Shown: one piece after another, positions 54,370-64,000 of the stretch
Layout: each line of letters starts with the position of its first letter
Position numbering within the stretch: the stretch's first letter is position 1
Assembly (NCBI GenBank): GCA_963727825.1
Contig: CAVSHO010000009.1
Location: 832,001-896,000 of the forward strand
DNA from: Ignavibacteriota bacterium
GTDB taxonomy: Bacteria > Bacteroidota > Ignavibacteria > UBA10030
DNA: 64,000 nt
Direction: 5' to 3'
The notes under the pieces: model-generated
Told to the model about the DNA's origin: nothing
The model's input: the letters and a program-made list of their open reading frames with translations, nothing else
Databases searched by the model: none
Program-made: the position numbers and the translations under genes

Positions 54370-55899
54370 ATGGGTAACCCATTTTTTGCCAAAAAACCAT
54401 TATCACTTTTACTTGAAGAAATGAAAGGAGAAAATCGCTTACGCCGCGTGCTTGGTCCGGTAACACTGTCAAGTCTCGGAGTAGGAGCTATAATCGGCAC
54501 GGGCATTTTTGTTCTGACAGGTGTTGGCGCTCATGATAAAGCCGGGCCTGCGCTGATTCTTTCATTTGCAGCATCAGGTGTGGCATGTGTTTTCGCAGCC
54601 CTTTGTTATTCTGAATTTGCTTCGATGGCTCCCGTCGCCGGCTCGGCATACACGTATGCATATACAACACTTGGTGAATTGTTTGCATGGATTATCGGCT
54701 GGGATCTTGTGCTGGAATATGCAGTAGCTTCGGCTGCCGTTGCTCATGGCTGGTCTGCTCACTTTCAAGATCTTCTTAAAAGCTTTGGCGTTTATATCCC
54801 GCACTCATTCTCCAGTGCGCCGTTCGATTTTGATTTACAAGCCGGCCACTTCTTTGCTACCGGATCATTTCTCGATCTTCCTGCTATTATCATCACAGCA
54901 ATTATCACACTTATTTTAGTAAAAGGAATCAGAGAAAGCGCTGTATTTAATACAACAATTGTTGCGATCAAATTAGTTATTGTCTTATTTGTAATTGTAG
55001 TCGGTGTATTCTATATCGATCCAAATAATTGGAAGCCGTTTGCTCCATATGGTTATACGGGAATCAGTTTCTTTGGCCATACATTGTTCGGGAAAACTAG
55101 CGCAGATGGGGTTCCACTCGGAATGCTTGCCGGCGCGGCAATTATTTTTTTTGCATACATCGGTTTCGATTCGGTTTCCACTCACGCAGAAGAAGCTCGT
55201 AATCCGCAACGCGATGTTCCCATCGGTATAATCGCTTCGCTCCTTATTTGCACTGTCTTGTATATTGCCGTCTCTGCAGTCCTGACAGGAATGGTTCCTT
55301 ACGACAAGATAGATATAAACGCACCGGTCTCTAACGCATTCGCGCAAAACGGATTGCCCTGGGCACAACGCCTTATCGATGTCGGAGCTATTACAGGCAT
55401 TACCTCTGTTTTACTTGTGATGATGTTAAGTCAACCGCGGGTTTTATTGGCAATGGCACGTGATGGTATGGTACCGGAAAGTTTTTTTGGTGCTGTGCAT
55501 ACAAAATTCCGAACACCATGGAAATCAACAATTCTCACCGGAATTTTTGTCGGAACAATGGCAACATTGCTTCCACTTCGCATACTTGCCGAATTAACCA
55601 ACATCGGAACATTGCTTGCATTTGTGATTGTCTGTACGGCTGTCCTTATTATGCGTAAAACAAATCCTAAGGCAGAACGTCCATTCCGCGCTCCGTTTGT
55701 GCCTTTCACGCCGATTGCCGGAATAGTTTGCTGCCTCATTTTAATGTTTTCTCTTCCGGTAGAAAATTGGTGGCGTTTGTTTATATGGCTGGGAATAGGT
55801 TTCATCATATATTTTAGCTATGGACGGCGGCATTGCGTTACAGCTCGGATCCGGCGGGGCGAAGTTACGGTTCCTGAATCAATTGAAACAACTAAATAG
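54370..55899 (+). CDS. APC-family amino acid permease (cationic amino acid transporter-like)
   Basis: GAIIGTGIF, AGSAYTY, FFAYIGFD. Confidence 0.93.
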   Translation: MGNPFFAKKPLSLLLEEMKGENRLRRVLGPVTLSSLGVGAIIGTGIFVLTGVGAHDKAGPALILSFAASGVACVFAALCYSEFASMAPVAGSAYTYAYTTLGELFAWIIGWDLVLEYAVASAAVAHGWSAHFQDLLKSFGVYIPHSFSSAPFDFDLQAGHFFATGSFLDLPAIIITAIITLILVKGIRESAVFNTTIVAIKLVIVLFVIVVGVFYIDPNNWKPFAPYGYTGISFFGHTLFGKTSADGVPLGMLAGAAIIFFAYIGFDSVSTHAEEARNPQRDVPIGIIASLLICTVLYIAVSAVLTGMVPYDKIDINAPVSNAFAQNGLPWAQRLIDVGAITGITSVLLVMMLSQPRVLLAMARDGMVPESFFGAVHTKFRTPWKSTILTGIFVGTMATLLPLRILAELTNIGTLLAFVIVCTAVLIMRKTNPKAERPFRAPFVPFTPIAGIVCCLILMFSLPVENWWRLFIWLGIGFIIYFSYGRRHCVTARIRRGEVTVPESIETTK

Positions 55900-55988
55900 A
55901 TTACTAATTGATTCAATACGCAACGCTTGGTGATACTCAAGCAGTCAAATAATAATTTCTAGCTTGTCAAATATTTTATATAGCATCT

Positions 55989-57456
55989 ATGATCTCTTCA
56001 GGCGAACAACAACAATTCAAGCGCAGATTGGGACTTCTTGATTCAACCATGATTGTCATTGGCTCGATGATCGGCTCCGGTATCTTTATTGTCAGCGCTG
56101 ACATCGGACGCACAGTTGGAGCACCCGGATATCTTCTGCTGGTTTGGTTAATCACAGGCGTTATGACCGTCATTGCAGCTCTTAGTTATGGCGAGCTTGC
56201 AAGCATGATGCCGCACGTTGGCGGACAATATGCATATCTTCGTGAAGCATATAATCCATTTATCGCTTTTCTATATGGGTGGACATTGTTTCTCGTCATT
56301 CAAACCGGCACTATTGCGGCTGTTGCTGTTGCATTTGCAAAGTTCACCGGTATTCTTATTCCGTGGTTCGGCGAGCAACATATTCTTCTTTCTTTCGGCA
56401 CATTCCACATTACAGCTGCACAAATTCTCGCTATTGCGAGTGTGGCATTATTGACATATGTAAATATGCGCGGTTTGCAGGAAGGGAAAATTGTACAGAA
56501 TATTTTCACTACTACAAAAATTGTAGCACTTCTTGGATTCGTTCTCCTTGCACTCTTCGTTGGAAGAAATTCTTCAGCAATAGCAATAAACACAAGAGGT
56601 TTTTGGAATGCGTCGTGGACACAAGTTGCTGGAGGTAAGATTATTTCTATAACGCCGATTTCCGGTTTGATGCTGTTATCAGCTATCGGTGTTGCGATGG
56701 TCGGATCCCTTTTTTCTGCTGACGCATGGAATAATATTACATTCACTGCTGGTGAAGTTACTAATCCGAAAAGGAACATTCCACTTAGTCTTGCTTTAGG
56801 AACGGGAACAGTTATTCTTATTTATCTTCTTGCTAATATCGGATACTTACTGGTCCTGCCGTTGACTCGGCTCACCCGAAGCGCTTGATGCGACAGGACG
56901 AGGAATTCAATTTGCTGCGAGCGATCGTGTTGGTACGGCTGCCGCATCAGTCATATTTGGAGATAGTGCTGCAGTCATAATGGCAATTATGATTATGATT
57001 TCAACATTTGGGTGTAATAATGGATTAATACTCGCTGGCGCACGCGTATATTATGCAATGGCAAAGGATAGATTATTTTTTAAGAACGCCGGAATGCTAA
57101 ACAAAAAATCTGTACCAGGTGCAGCGTTGGTAGTTCAGTGTGTATGGACATGTCTTCTGTGTCTCTCAGGCACCTACAGTGATTTGCTCGACTATGTTGT
57201 TTTCGCTGTATTGCTGTTTTACATTTTAACGGTTGTCGGAATATTTATTCTAAGGAAGAAACAACCAGATGCAGAACGACCGTATAAAGCGTTCGGTTAT
57301 CCAGTTATTCCTGTCTTGTATGTTCTTCTCGCAACTGCAATCTCATTAGATCTTTTGATATTCAAACCTAATTACACTTGGCCGGGATTAATTATTGTAT
57401 TGCTGGGAATTCCGGTATATTTTATATGGAAGAAAGTTGGTTTCAGAACGAACTAA
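55989..57456 (+). CDS. APC-family amino acid permease, split by a +1 insertion at about 56868
   Basis: GSMIGSGIF, SADAWNN, ERPYKAFGYP spread over two frames. Confidence 0.9.
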
Positions 57457-57507
57457 ACAAACAACGTTCTCTTAGCGGACAAACGATAAAAATAGATTAC
57501 TGAAAAT

Positions 57508-58899
57508 TTACACTCTTCGTTTTTTCAGCACACGTGTCCACGAAGCAATTTGTTTTTTCACTTCATGGGGGTTCGTACTGCCTGCCGATTGTTTTTGATT
57601 TACGCTATTCTGGGGCAGAATAAAGTTAAGCACATCAGCATCGAATTTAACAGAGAATTGTTTTAGCGTTTCAACATCAAGGTTGCCAAAATACATTTTG
57701 CGATTGATACAGTATGCCACTACTTTACCGGTAATCTCGTGCGCCTCTCGGAAGGGCATCCCTTTGCGCACTAAATAATCTGCCATATCTGTAGCTGAAA
57801 GGAAATCTGTACGGAGTTCTTCTTCCAAACGCGGTTTGTCGAATGTTGTATGCACAAGCATATGCGCAAAGATTAAAAGACATTGTCGCGCGGTGCTAAC
57901 GACATCAAACATTGGCCTCTTGTCTTCTTGCATATCGCGGTTGTATGCAAGAGGCAAGCCCTTCATCGTTGTAAGAAGACTGACCAGCGCGCCATAAATA
58001 CGGCCGGTCTTCCCGCGAACAAGCTCTGCCATATCAGGATTCTTTTTCTGCGGCATAATACTGCTGCCTGTTGTGTAAGAATCGCTTATTTGAGCAAAGC
58101 CAAATTCTTTCGTCGTCCACAAAACCAATTCTTCTGCAAACCGGCTCAAGTGCATAATGAGAATGCTGCACGTTGCTGTAAATTCAATTAAGTAATCTCT
58201 ATCACTCACAGCGTCAATGCTGTTTTCAATGATCCCATCGAAGTGCAGTTTCTTTGCAACCATTGAACGATCAATTGGAAAAGATGTTCCTGCAAATGCT
58301 GCTGCGCCGAGTGGCGATTTATTGAAACGCTTACTGCAGTCCTGTAATCTCTCAAAGTCGCGCTCCAGCATGGAAATATACGCCAAGAGATGATGTGAGA
58401 GCAGAATCGGCTGTGCGCGCTGAGTGTGCGTATAGCCGGGCATCATTATGCCGAATACTTTTTCGGATTTGTAGAGCAATACACGCTGGAGATTAACGAC
58501 AAGTTTGCTAATCTCGCGGATTGCAGTGCGGAGGAATAACCTCTCGTCAAGCGCAATCTGATCGTTGCGGCTTCGTGCGGTGTGCAGTTTTCCGCCGAGC
58601 GCACCAATTCTTTGTGTCAACCGCTGTTCGATTGCCATGTGCACATCTTCGTACTCTTCAGTTAATTCAAACTTGCCAGATTCAATTTCTTTCTGGATTG
58701 ATTTTAACGCTGTGCGGATACGCCGCATCTCAGATGCGGTAAGTATTTTGCACGCGGCTAACATTTCTACGTGCGCAATACTTCCAGCAATATCTTCCTC
58801 GTAGAGTATTTTATCGAATTCTATAGAAGAAGAAAATTTCAATGCGATTTCAGCAAGGGGTTCTTTAAACCTTCCGCCCCAAAGTGTTTGAGTTGACAT
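57508..58899 (-). CDS. argH: Argininosuccinate lyase
   Basis: LWGGRF, RSRNDQ, GSSIMPQKKNPD. Confidence 0.98.
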   Translation of the reverse strand: MSTQTLWGGRFKEPLAEIALKFSSSIEFDKILYEEDIAGSIAHVEMLAACKILTASEMRRIRTALKSIQKEIESGKFELTEEYEDVHMAIEQRLTQRIGALGGKLHTARSRNDQIALDERLFLRTAIREISKLVVNLQRVLLYKSEKVFGIMMPGYTHTQRAQPILLSHHLLAYISMLERDFERLQDCSKRFNKSPLGAAAFAGTSFPIDRSMVAKKLHFDGIIENSIDAVSDRDYLIEFTATCSILIMHLSRFAEELVLWTTKEFGFAQISDSYTTGSSIMPQKKNPDMAELVRGKTGRIYGALVSLLTTMKGLPLAYNRDMQEDKRPMFDVVSTARQCLLIFAHMLVHTTFDKPRLEEELRTDFLSATDMADYLVRKGMPFREAHEITGKVVAYCINRKMYFGNLDVETLKQFSVKFDADVLNFILPQNSVNQKQSAGSTNPHEVKKQIASWTRVLKKRRV

Positions 58900-59031
58900 G
58901 ACGAAATCCGATTAATAATGGCTGATGTAAGATAATTGTTTAATTCAAGTTACCTAAAAATAGGAAAGGGAGCAATGAGGCCGAGGAATAAATGTAAAAG
59001 GAAATAATCGCAATAGTTTTGCGGTCTTTTA

Positions 59032-60858
59032 TTATTTTATTTCTACATTAGTTTTTACAAACTCCTCCAGCCCCCTTACAATTTGCTCTGCCACTTTCTT
59101 CCGAAAGCCGTCATCAAGCAACAACATTTCATCTTCTGGATGAGAAAGAAAAGCCGTTTCCACTAGTACATTTGGCAGTTGTGTAAGTGAGTTGAGTATG
59201 AAGTTAAAACCGCCCACTTCGCCAAACGGTTTTAATCCGATAGCAAGCATTTTGTCATACATAATGTCGGCAAGCGGTTTGAATCCAATCGGTTTGTAAT
59301 AAACGCTGACGCCTCGGAGTGCAAGTGGGTCGGATGCATCACCGGCAGAGTTGCAATGAATGCTCACTAATAACCGCGCGTCGGTACGAATAATTTTATC
59401 AATACGTTCGGACATTGCCGGAACGTCATTCTCTGTACGAGTGAGCACAACTTGAGCGCCTTTGGAATTGAGAATTGCTTCAACATTTCGCGCCATCAAA
59501 ATAGTCATATCTTTTTCAAGCACGCCGGTTGCGCCAATTGCGCCGTGGTTCTCGCCGCCGTGCCCTGCATCGACAGCAATAATGAGTCCTGAAAGAACTG
59601 AATCGGGTGATGCAATCACAGGTGGCCTACGGATTTTAATTCGTAGCGAGTTGCCCGCATAATCAATATCATATCCCCAATGCGGATGAAGGAGACCGAT
59701 AATAATGCGGTACTGATCGGAGGCAACTTGTTTCCATGTGATGCCTTCGATTCCTTTTACGAAACGCGATTGCGAAATCCAATTTGTGTTTGATGTTGCA
59801 CCATAGATATCTACAGCAATTGCATTAGGATTAACTAATACTTCACTACTGTATGGAAGTTTTTCGGAAAGTCCAAGGGTGACAATATCTTCTGAACCAT
59901 TACTTGTTGCAGAAATAGCTCCGACGAGCGCTCGCGGCAGAGGCGTATCCGACGGTAGAAGTTTTGCAAATTCTTCCGGCAGCCATGATTCCATAGACGC
60001 AGAAAGCTTAATACGATATTGCGAGCCAATCTTGCCTGTAATTTCAACTCGAATTCCCTCTTGAAGAAATCCGAGCTTCGATCCACCGAGACGATCTTCA
60101 CCAAGTCCGGCGTTAAGATATGGACGCTTGCCTACAACCTCTGCAACGCGCGGCAGTTCTTTTGGAAGAATAGATATCTTTGCTTTCGATGAAACCTTTT
60201 CACTACTCCAAAAGCTTTTCTTCAGGCGGAATTTGATTTGCACATCCCGTGCTTCATCTGTCGGTTTCACTATATAGCGGCCAATATAGATGCCTGTAAA
60301 CCCACCGCCTTCGCTCGGCGAAAGTTCGCGCATCGGAATACCTGATTCCACATCCGGTATATCAAATGACGCTTCCCACCCTGGACTTCCTTTAAACTTT
60401 ACTTCCAATACATCGCCGGATGTCAGCCACATATCCTCTGCCGGCTCCATCATAGCTTGTTCAATGACGAGCGTATCATGCGGGGAGTTCTTCATCGGCT
60501 GTGGGCGGATGATGACGAATTCCTTCCAAGTTGAATCTCCTGCAGTAGATTTTACTTTCAAGCAAAAAATATTTGTGTCCACATTGATACGGAGGAGATC
60601 GACAAACGCACCGCTTGCATAAACTTTTGTTTGCTTGCCGTTGATGAATGCCTTCGCATCCGGTCTTGTGCAGGCGGCAACCCGATAATGAGAAGCAAAT
60701 GTCCGAATAGTATCCTTGTCCGGACGTTGCACCTGTAAGAAAAGTGTATCCGTTTCTATTTTTGGTTGAACAGGAGATAACTGTTGATAGCTATTGATTT
60801 TAATTTGAGCAAAAACACTTGATGTAAAAAGAAGAATAACAATATATGAACGAAGCAT
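59032..60858 (-). CDS. N-acetylmuramoyl-L-alanine amidase (Amidase_3) with N-terminal accessory domains
   Basis: Signal peptide; VDAGHGG, EKD, SIHCN, LVETAFLS. Confidence 0.93.
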   Translation of the reverse strand: MLRSYIVILLFTSSVFAQIKINSYQQLSPVQPKIETDTLFLQVQRPDKDTIRTFASHYRVAACTRPDAKAFINGKQTKVYASGAFVDLLRINVDTNIFCLKVKSTAGDSTWKEFVIIRPQPMKNSPHDTLVIEQAMMEPAEDMWLTSGDVLEVKFKGSPGWEASFDIPDVESGIPMRELSPSEGGGFTGIYIGRYIVKPTDEARDVQIKFRLKKSFWSSEKVSSKAKISILPKELPRVAEVVGKRPYLNAGLGEDRLGGSKLGFLQEGIRVEITGKIGSQYRIKLSASMESWLPEEFAKLLPSDTPLPRALVGAISATSNGSEDIVTLGLSEKLPYSSEVLVNPNAIAVDIYGATSNTNWISQSRFVKGIEGITWKQVASDQYRIIIGLLHPHWGYDIDYAGNSLRIKIRRPPVIASPDSVLSGLIIAVDAGHGGENHGAIGATGVLEKDMTILMARNVEAILNSKGAQVVLTRTENDVPAMSERIDKIIRTDARLLVSIHCNSAGDASDPLALRGVSVYYKPIGFKPLADIMYDKMLAIGLKPFGEVGGFNFILNSLTQLPNVLVETAFLSHPEDEMLLLDDGFRKKVAEQIVRGLEEFVKTNVEIK

Positions 60859-60940
60859 GGAAATTCCCGAAATTGATGTTAATACGTGATATTAATCAAT
60901 CAAGAAATGGGATGAAATTCAAGCTATGCTTATAATAATA

Positions 60941-60966
60941 AAGCCGATAGTAAGGGCTATCGGCTT
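60941..60966 (-). terminator. Terminator after argG
   Basis: AAGCCGATAG-N6-CTATCGGCTT with AT-rich flanks. Confidence 0.7.
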
Positions 60967-60992
60967 AAATTAATAAAAATGTAATCATCCGA

Positions 60993-62211
60993 TTACTTTT
61001 TCTTCTTCAGTAAGTCCTTGTTCACCTGGTAAAATGTTTTTATCGGTAAGCCATAGATTTTTATGAAGCCAACACTCGCCTTGTGATCAAACGAATCCTC
61101 TTCCGTGTATGTTGCCAGCTTCGTGTCGTAGAGTGAAGAAGCCGATTTGCGCCCTGCAATATCGAGATTGCCTTTATAGAGTTTCACTTTCACTAAACCG
61201 GAAACTACTTTTTGAGTTTCATTTACAAACGCATCCATCGCAACGCGAAGCGGCGTGAACCACAGACCATTGTAAATCATATCTGCGTAGTCATTGGCAA
61301 GTTTAGCTTTGAAATGTGCGGTATCTTTGTCAAGCACGAGACGTTCAAGTTCGCGGTGGGCAAAGTGAAGAACTGTCGCCGCGGGTGCCTCATACACCTC
61401 GCGGGATTTAATACCGACAAGGCGGTTCTCAACAAGATCAAGTCTGCCTACACCATTTGCTCCGGCGATTTCGTTTAATCGGTCAATCAGTTCCACACCG
61501 CTCATTCTTTTACCGTTCAATGCGACGGGAACACCAAGCTTGAATTCAATACTAACGTAGGTAGGCTTATCTGGTGCTAAATTTGCAGGCACAGTGCGTT
61601 GATATGCATCTGCTGGTGGCTCGACCATCGGATCTTCTAAAACGCCGCATTCGATGGCAGTGCCCCAAAGATTTTCATCTATAGAATATGGATTCTTCTT
61701 TGTTGCGGAAACGGGAATTCCATGTTTTTCACAGTAAGCAATTTCTTCTTCACGAGATTTGAATTCCCACTCACGCACCGGCGCCAGTACTTTTAATTCC
61801 GGCGCGAGCGCTGCAACGGAAACTTCGAAACGAACCTGATCGTTTCCTTTTCCTGTACAGCCATGCGCAACCGCAGTGCATCCTTCTTTCTTAGCTACTT
61901 CCACTAATGATTTTGCCAGCAGCGGGCGGCCTATTGCCGTTGCCATCGGATAGCTATATTCGTATAGCGCACCTGCTTTTAAGCGACGGCCAAATGTAGT
62001 CTTCCACAAATTCTTTCGATAAATTCTGTATATAAACCTTCTTAGCTCCAGATTTGATCGCTTTTTCTTTTAATCCAACGAGTTCTTTTTTCTGTCCCAA
62101 ATTTCCTGTAACTGTGATAATTTCCGCGTTATATTTTTCTTGCAGCCATTTCACGATAACCGATGTATCAAGTCCGCCAGAGTACGCAACGGCGATTCGT
62201 TCTTTTTTCAA
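60993..62211 (-). CDS. argG: Argininosuccinate synthase, split by a +1 insertion at about 61978
   Basis: [33 protein letters not shown]. Confidence 0.96.
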
Positions 62212-62237
62212 TTCAATTCTCCTTGTGATAATATGTT

Positions 62238-62576
62238 CTATTTTACCCAAAATAAAGTTATGCCGGGATTCGATTTTCCAAGATCCAAATCCGGCACCTG
62301 TCCGCATTGTTTGCGCATTTCTTGCGTTTTTGCATCAAGAATATGGTAATTCTCTCCCGGAATAACTGAAAGCAGACGCGCTTGATTGCGATGCGCCCAG
62401 TTATAAACAACTTGTTTCAATACAGCAGGCTTATCATCCGTACCGTAACCATGTATTACTTTCAGGACACGCCATTTTTGAGTTGAACGGATTCGTCTCA
62501 CTTCATCATCAAGCATCATTTCAGCGGCTTCAGATGTAAGCGGCGGATGGGCGATATCAATTGTGCATAAATACAT
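62238..62576 (-). CDS. Stand-alone Smr (small MutS-related) domain protein
   Basis: LKVIHGYG and C-terminal NPGIT motifs. Confidence 0.75.
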   Translation of the reverse strand: MYLCTIDIAHPPLTSEAAEMMLDDEVRRIRSTQKWRVLKVIHGYGTDDKPAVLKQVVYNWAHRNQARLLSVIPGENYHILDAKTQEMRKQCGQVPDLDLGKSNPGITLFWVK

Positions 62577-62616
62577 TTATGATGCTCTGTCTATTTTCAA
62601 AAAACATGTTTTTCAG

Positions 62617-63072
62617 TTATGCCTGCTTATTTTTTTCAAGAACACTGCGTAGCGCACTTATGGTTTCTTTGATTTTTTTAATCGAACGCGGAAGAATAAA
62701 CACTGTGTTGTCGCCTGCAAGTGTACCAAGCACGGATGGGAGACGAAGATGATCTATAATTTCCGCAACACCCTGTGCTCGTCCGGGCAGAGTTTTAATT
62801 ACCACCATGCTTTCATTTGCTTCAATCTGTTCGATTTCAAAACCAATGAGCGTTGTCAGGCGTTCTTCTTCCTGTTCCGGGCTGAGCATATATTTTGCAC
62901 CGCTTGGTGTATAGACCCATGCAATGCCAAGCTCTTTCATATCTCGCGAGAGAGTCGCTTGCGTGGTTTTAAAACCTTCCTTCCGCATTGCCGATGCCAA
63001 TTCGCTTTGCGTGGTTATTGTACGGCTTGCGAGAATTTGTTTGATTGCAAGATGACGCTGCTGTTTTTCCAT
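62617..63072 (-). CDS. argR: Arginine repressor
   Basis: TQATLSRD, KTLPG, GTLAGDNT. Confidence 0.96.
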   Translation of the reverse strand: MEKQQRHLAIKQILASRTITTQSELASAMRKEGFKTTQATLSRDMKELGIAWVYTPSGAKYMLSPEQEEERLTTLIGFEIEQIEANESMVVIKTLPGRAQGVAEIIDHLRLPSVLGTLAGDNTVFILPRSIKKIKETISALRSVLEKNKQA

Positions 63073-63083
63073 ATTTATATCCC

Positions 63084-63932
63084 TTATGATGGATGTATCA
63101 TTTGGGTTCCAATTCCTTCATCGGTGAAAATTTCCAGCAGAAGCGAGTGCTTAATGCGGCCATCGATAATGTGGACTTTATTTACGCCGGCATCGAGTGT
63201 TGCAAACGCTGAGCGCACCTTCGGAATCATACCGCTATGAATTGCGCCGCGTTCAATGAGCGATTCTGCTTCCGCATTTGTGAGCGATGAAATCAATAGC
63301 TTGTCCACGAGCACACCTTCGATATCGCTGAGATAAACAAGTTTTTCGGCTTTTAATGCGGTTGCAATAGCACCAGCTGCCAGATCGGCATTGACGTTTA
63401 AAATTTTATTATCTTCGCCTACCGCGAGTGGTGCAATTACCGGCATCATTCCATTGTTTAAGAGTAAATTCAAAAAACTTATATTCACAAAACTCACCTC
63501 ACCAACCAAACCGAGATCTTTTTCTGTAATTCGTTGTGCTTTTAGCAATCCGTTATCCATACCGCAAAGTCCAATAGCGTTGCCGCCATTAGTATTGATA
63601 AGATTAACAATCTCTTTATTCAACTTTCCAGCCAACACCATTAACACTACATCAACCATTTTCTTGTCAGTGTAACGCTGTCCGTCAACAAAACGATTTT
63701 GTATGTTAAGTGTCGAAGCAAGATCGGTAATATCTTTTCCACCGCCGTGCACAATGATGATGTTAATGCCAATCTTTCGGAGAATCGTTACATCCTGAGC
63801 AAAAGATACTTTGAGGCGTTCGTCTCTCATTGCCGCGCCGCCATATTTGATGACAAATGTTTTGCTTTCATACGTTTGAATGTACGGCAGCGCTTCAATA
63901 AGAACATCTTCTTTGGTTTGAGTATTTGTCAT
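63084..63932 (-). CDS. argB: Acetylglutamate kinase
   Basis: IKYGGAAM, VHGGG, NVNAD, GMIPKV, EIFTDEGIGT. Confidence 0.97.
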   Translation of the reverse strand: MTNTQTKEDVLIEALPYIQTYESKTFVIKYGGAAMRDERLKVSFAQDVTILRKIGINIIIVHGGGKDITDLASTLNIQNRFVDGQRYTDKKMVDVVLMVLAGKLNKEIVNLINTNGGNAIGLCGMDNGLLKAQRITEKDLGLVGEVSFVNISFLNLLLNNGMMPVIAPLAVGEDNKILNVNADLAAGAIATALKAEKLVYLSDIEGVLVDKLLISSLTNAEAESLIERGAIHSGMIPKVRSAFATLDAGVNKVHIIDGRIKHSLLLEIFTDEGIGTQMIHPS

Positions 63933-64000
63933 GTTAGTTTTCTGTAATCAGTATTCGGTTGCCAGAATTAATTGTAACCCGGTTTTATTTATGAACGATA

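Overview
AT-rich chromosomal window that starts at the replication origin. Gene content and style suggest an Ignavibacteria-like member of the Bacteroidota/Chlorobiota lineage (inference only). It opens with rnpA-rpmH <> dnaA-oriC-dnaN-recF-dciA-gyrB-gyrA. Housekeeping genes follow: tandem glutamine synthetases (GSI and GSIII), pyrF, an MgtE-like/Nramp pair, ettA, gltA, hpnC-hpnD, rarA, ftsB, ddl, two APC permeases and argB-argR-argG-argH. Two accessory signalling modules stand out. The first is a coupled operon (lipoprotein, GAF-sigma54 activator, Ser/Thr kinase-PEGA, TPR envelope protein) followed by a sigma54-like promoter with a tandem TGCA-N5-TGCA enhancer that points at a decayed secreted-protein gene. 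The second is a secreted WD40-caspase plus a DUF4384-like protein plus a CHASE2 adenylate cyclase. The window also holds many scars: a VapBC pair with a truncated GHKL ATPase, an internally deleted four-helix-bundle gene between complementary heptamer repeats, nested REP-like palindromes, a GNAT gene flanked by a duplicated rarA 3' end, and several regulator or permease remnants. Six genes carry single +1 insertions, most likely assembly errors. No rRNA, tRNA or CRISPR array was seen.
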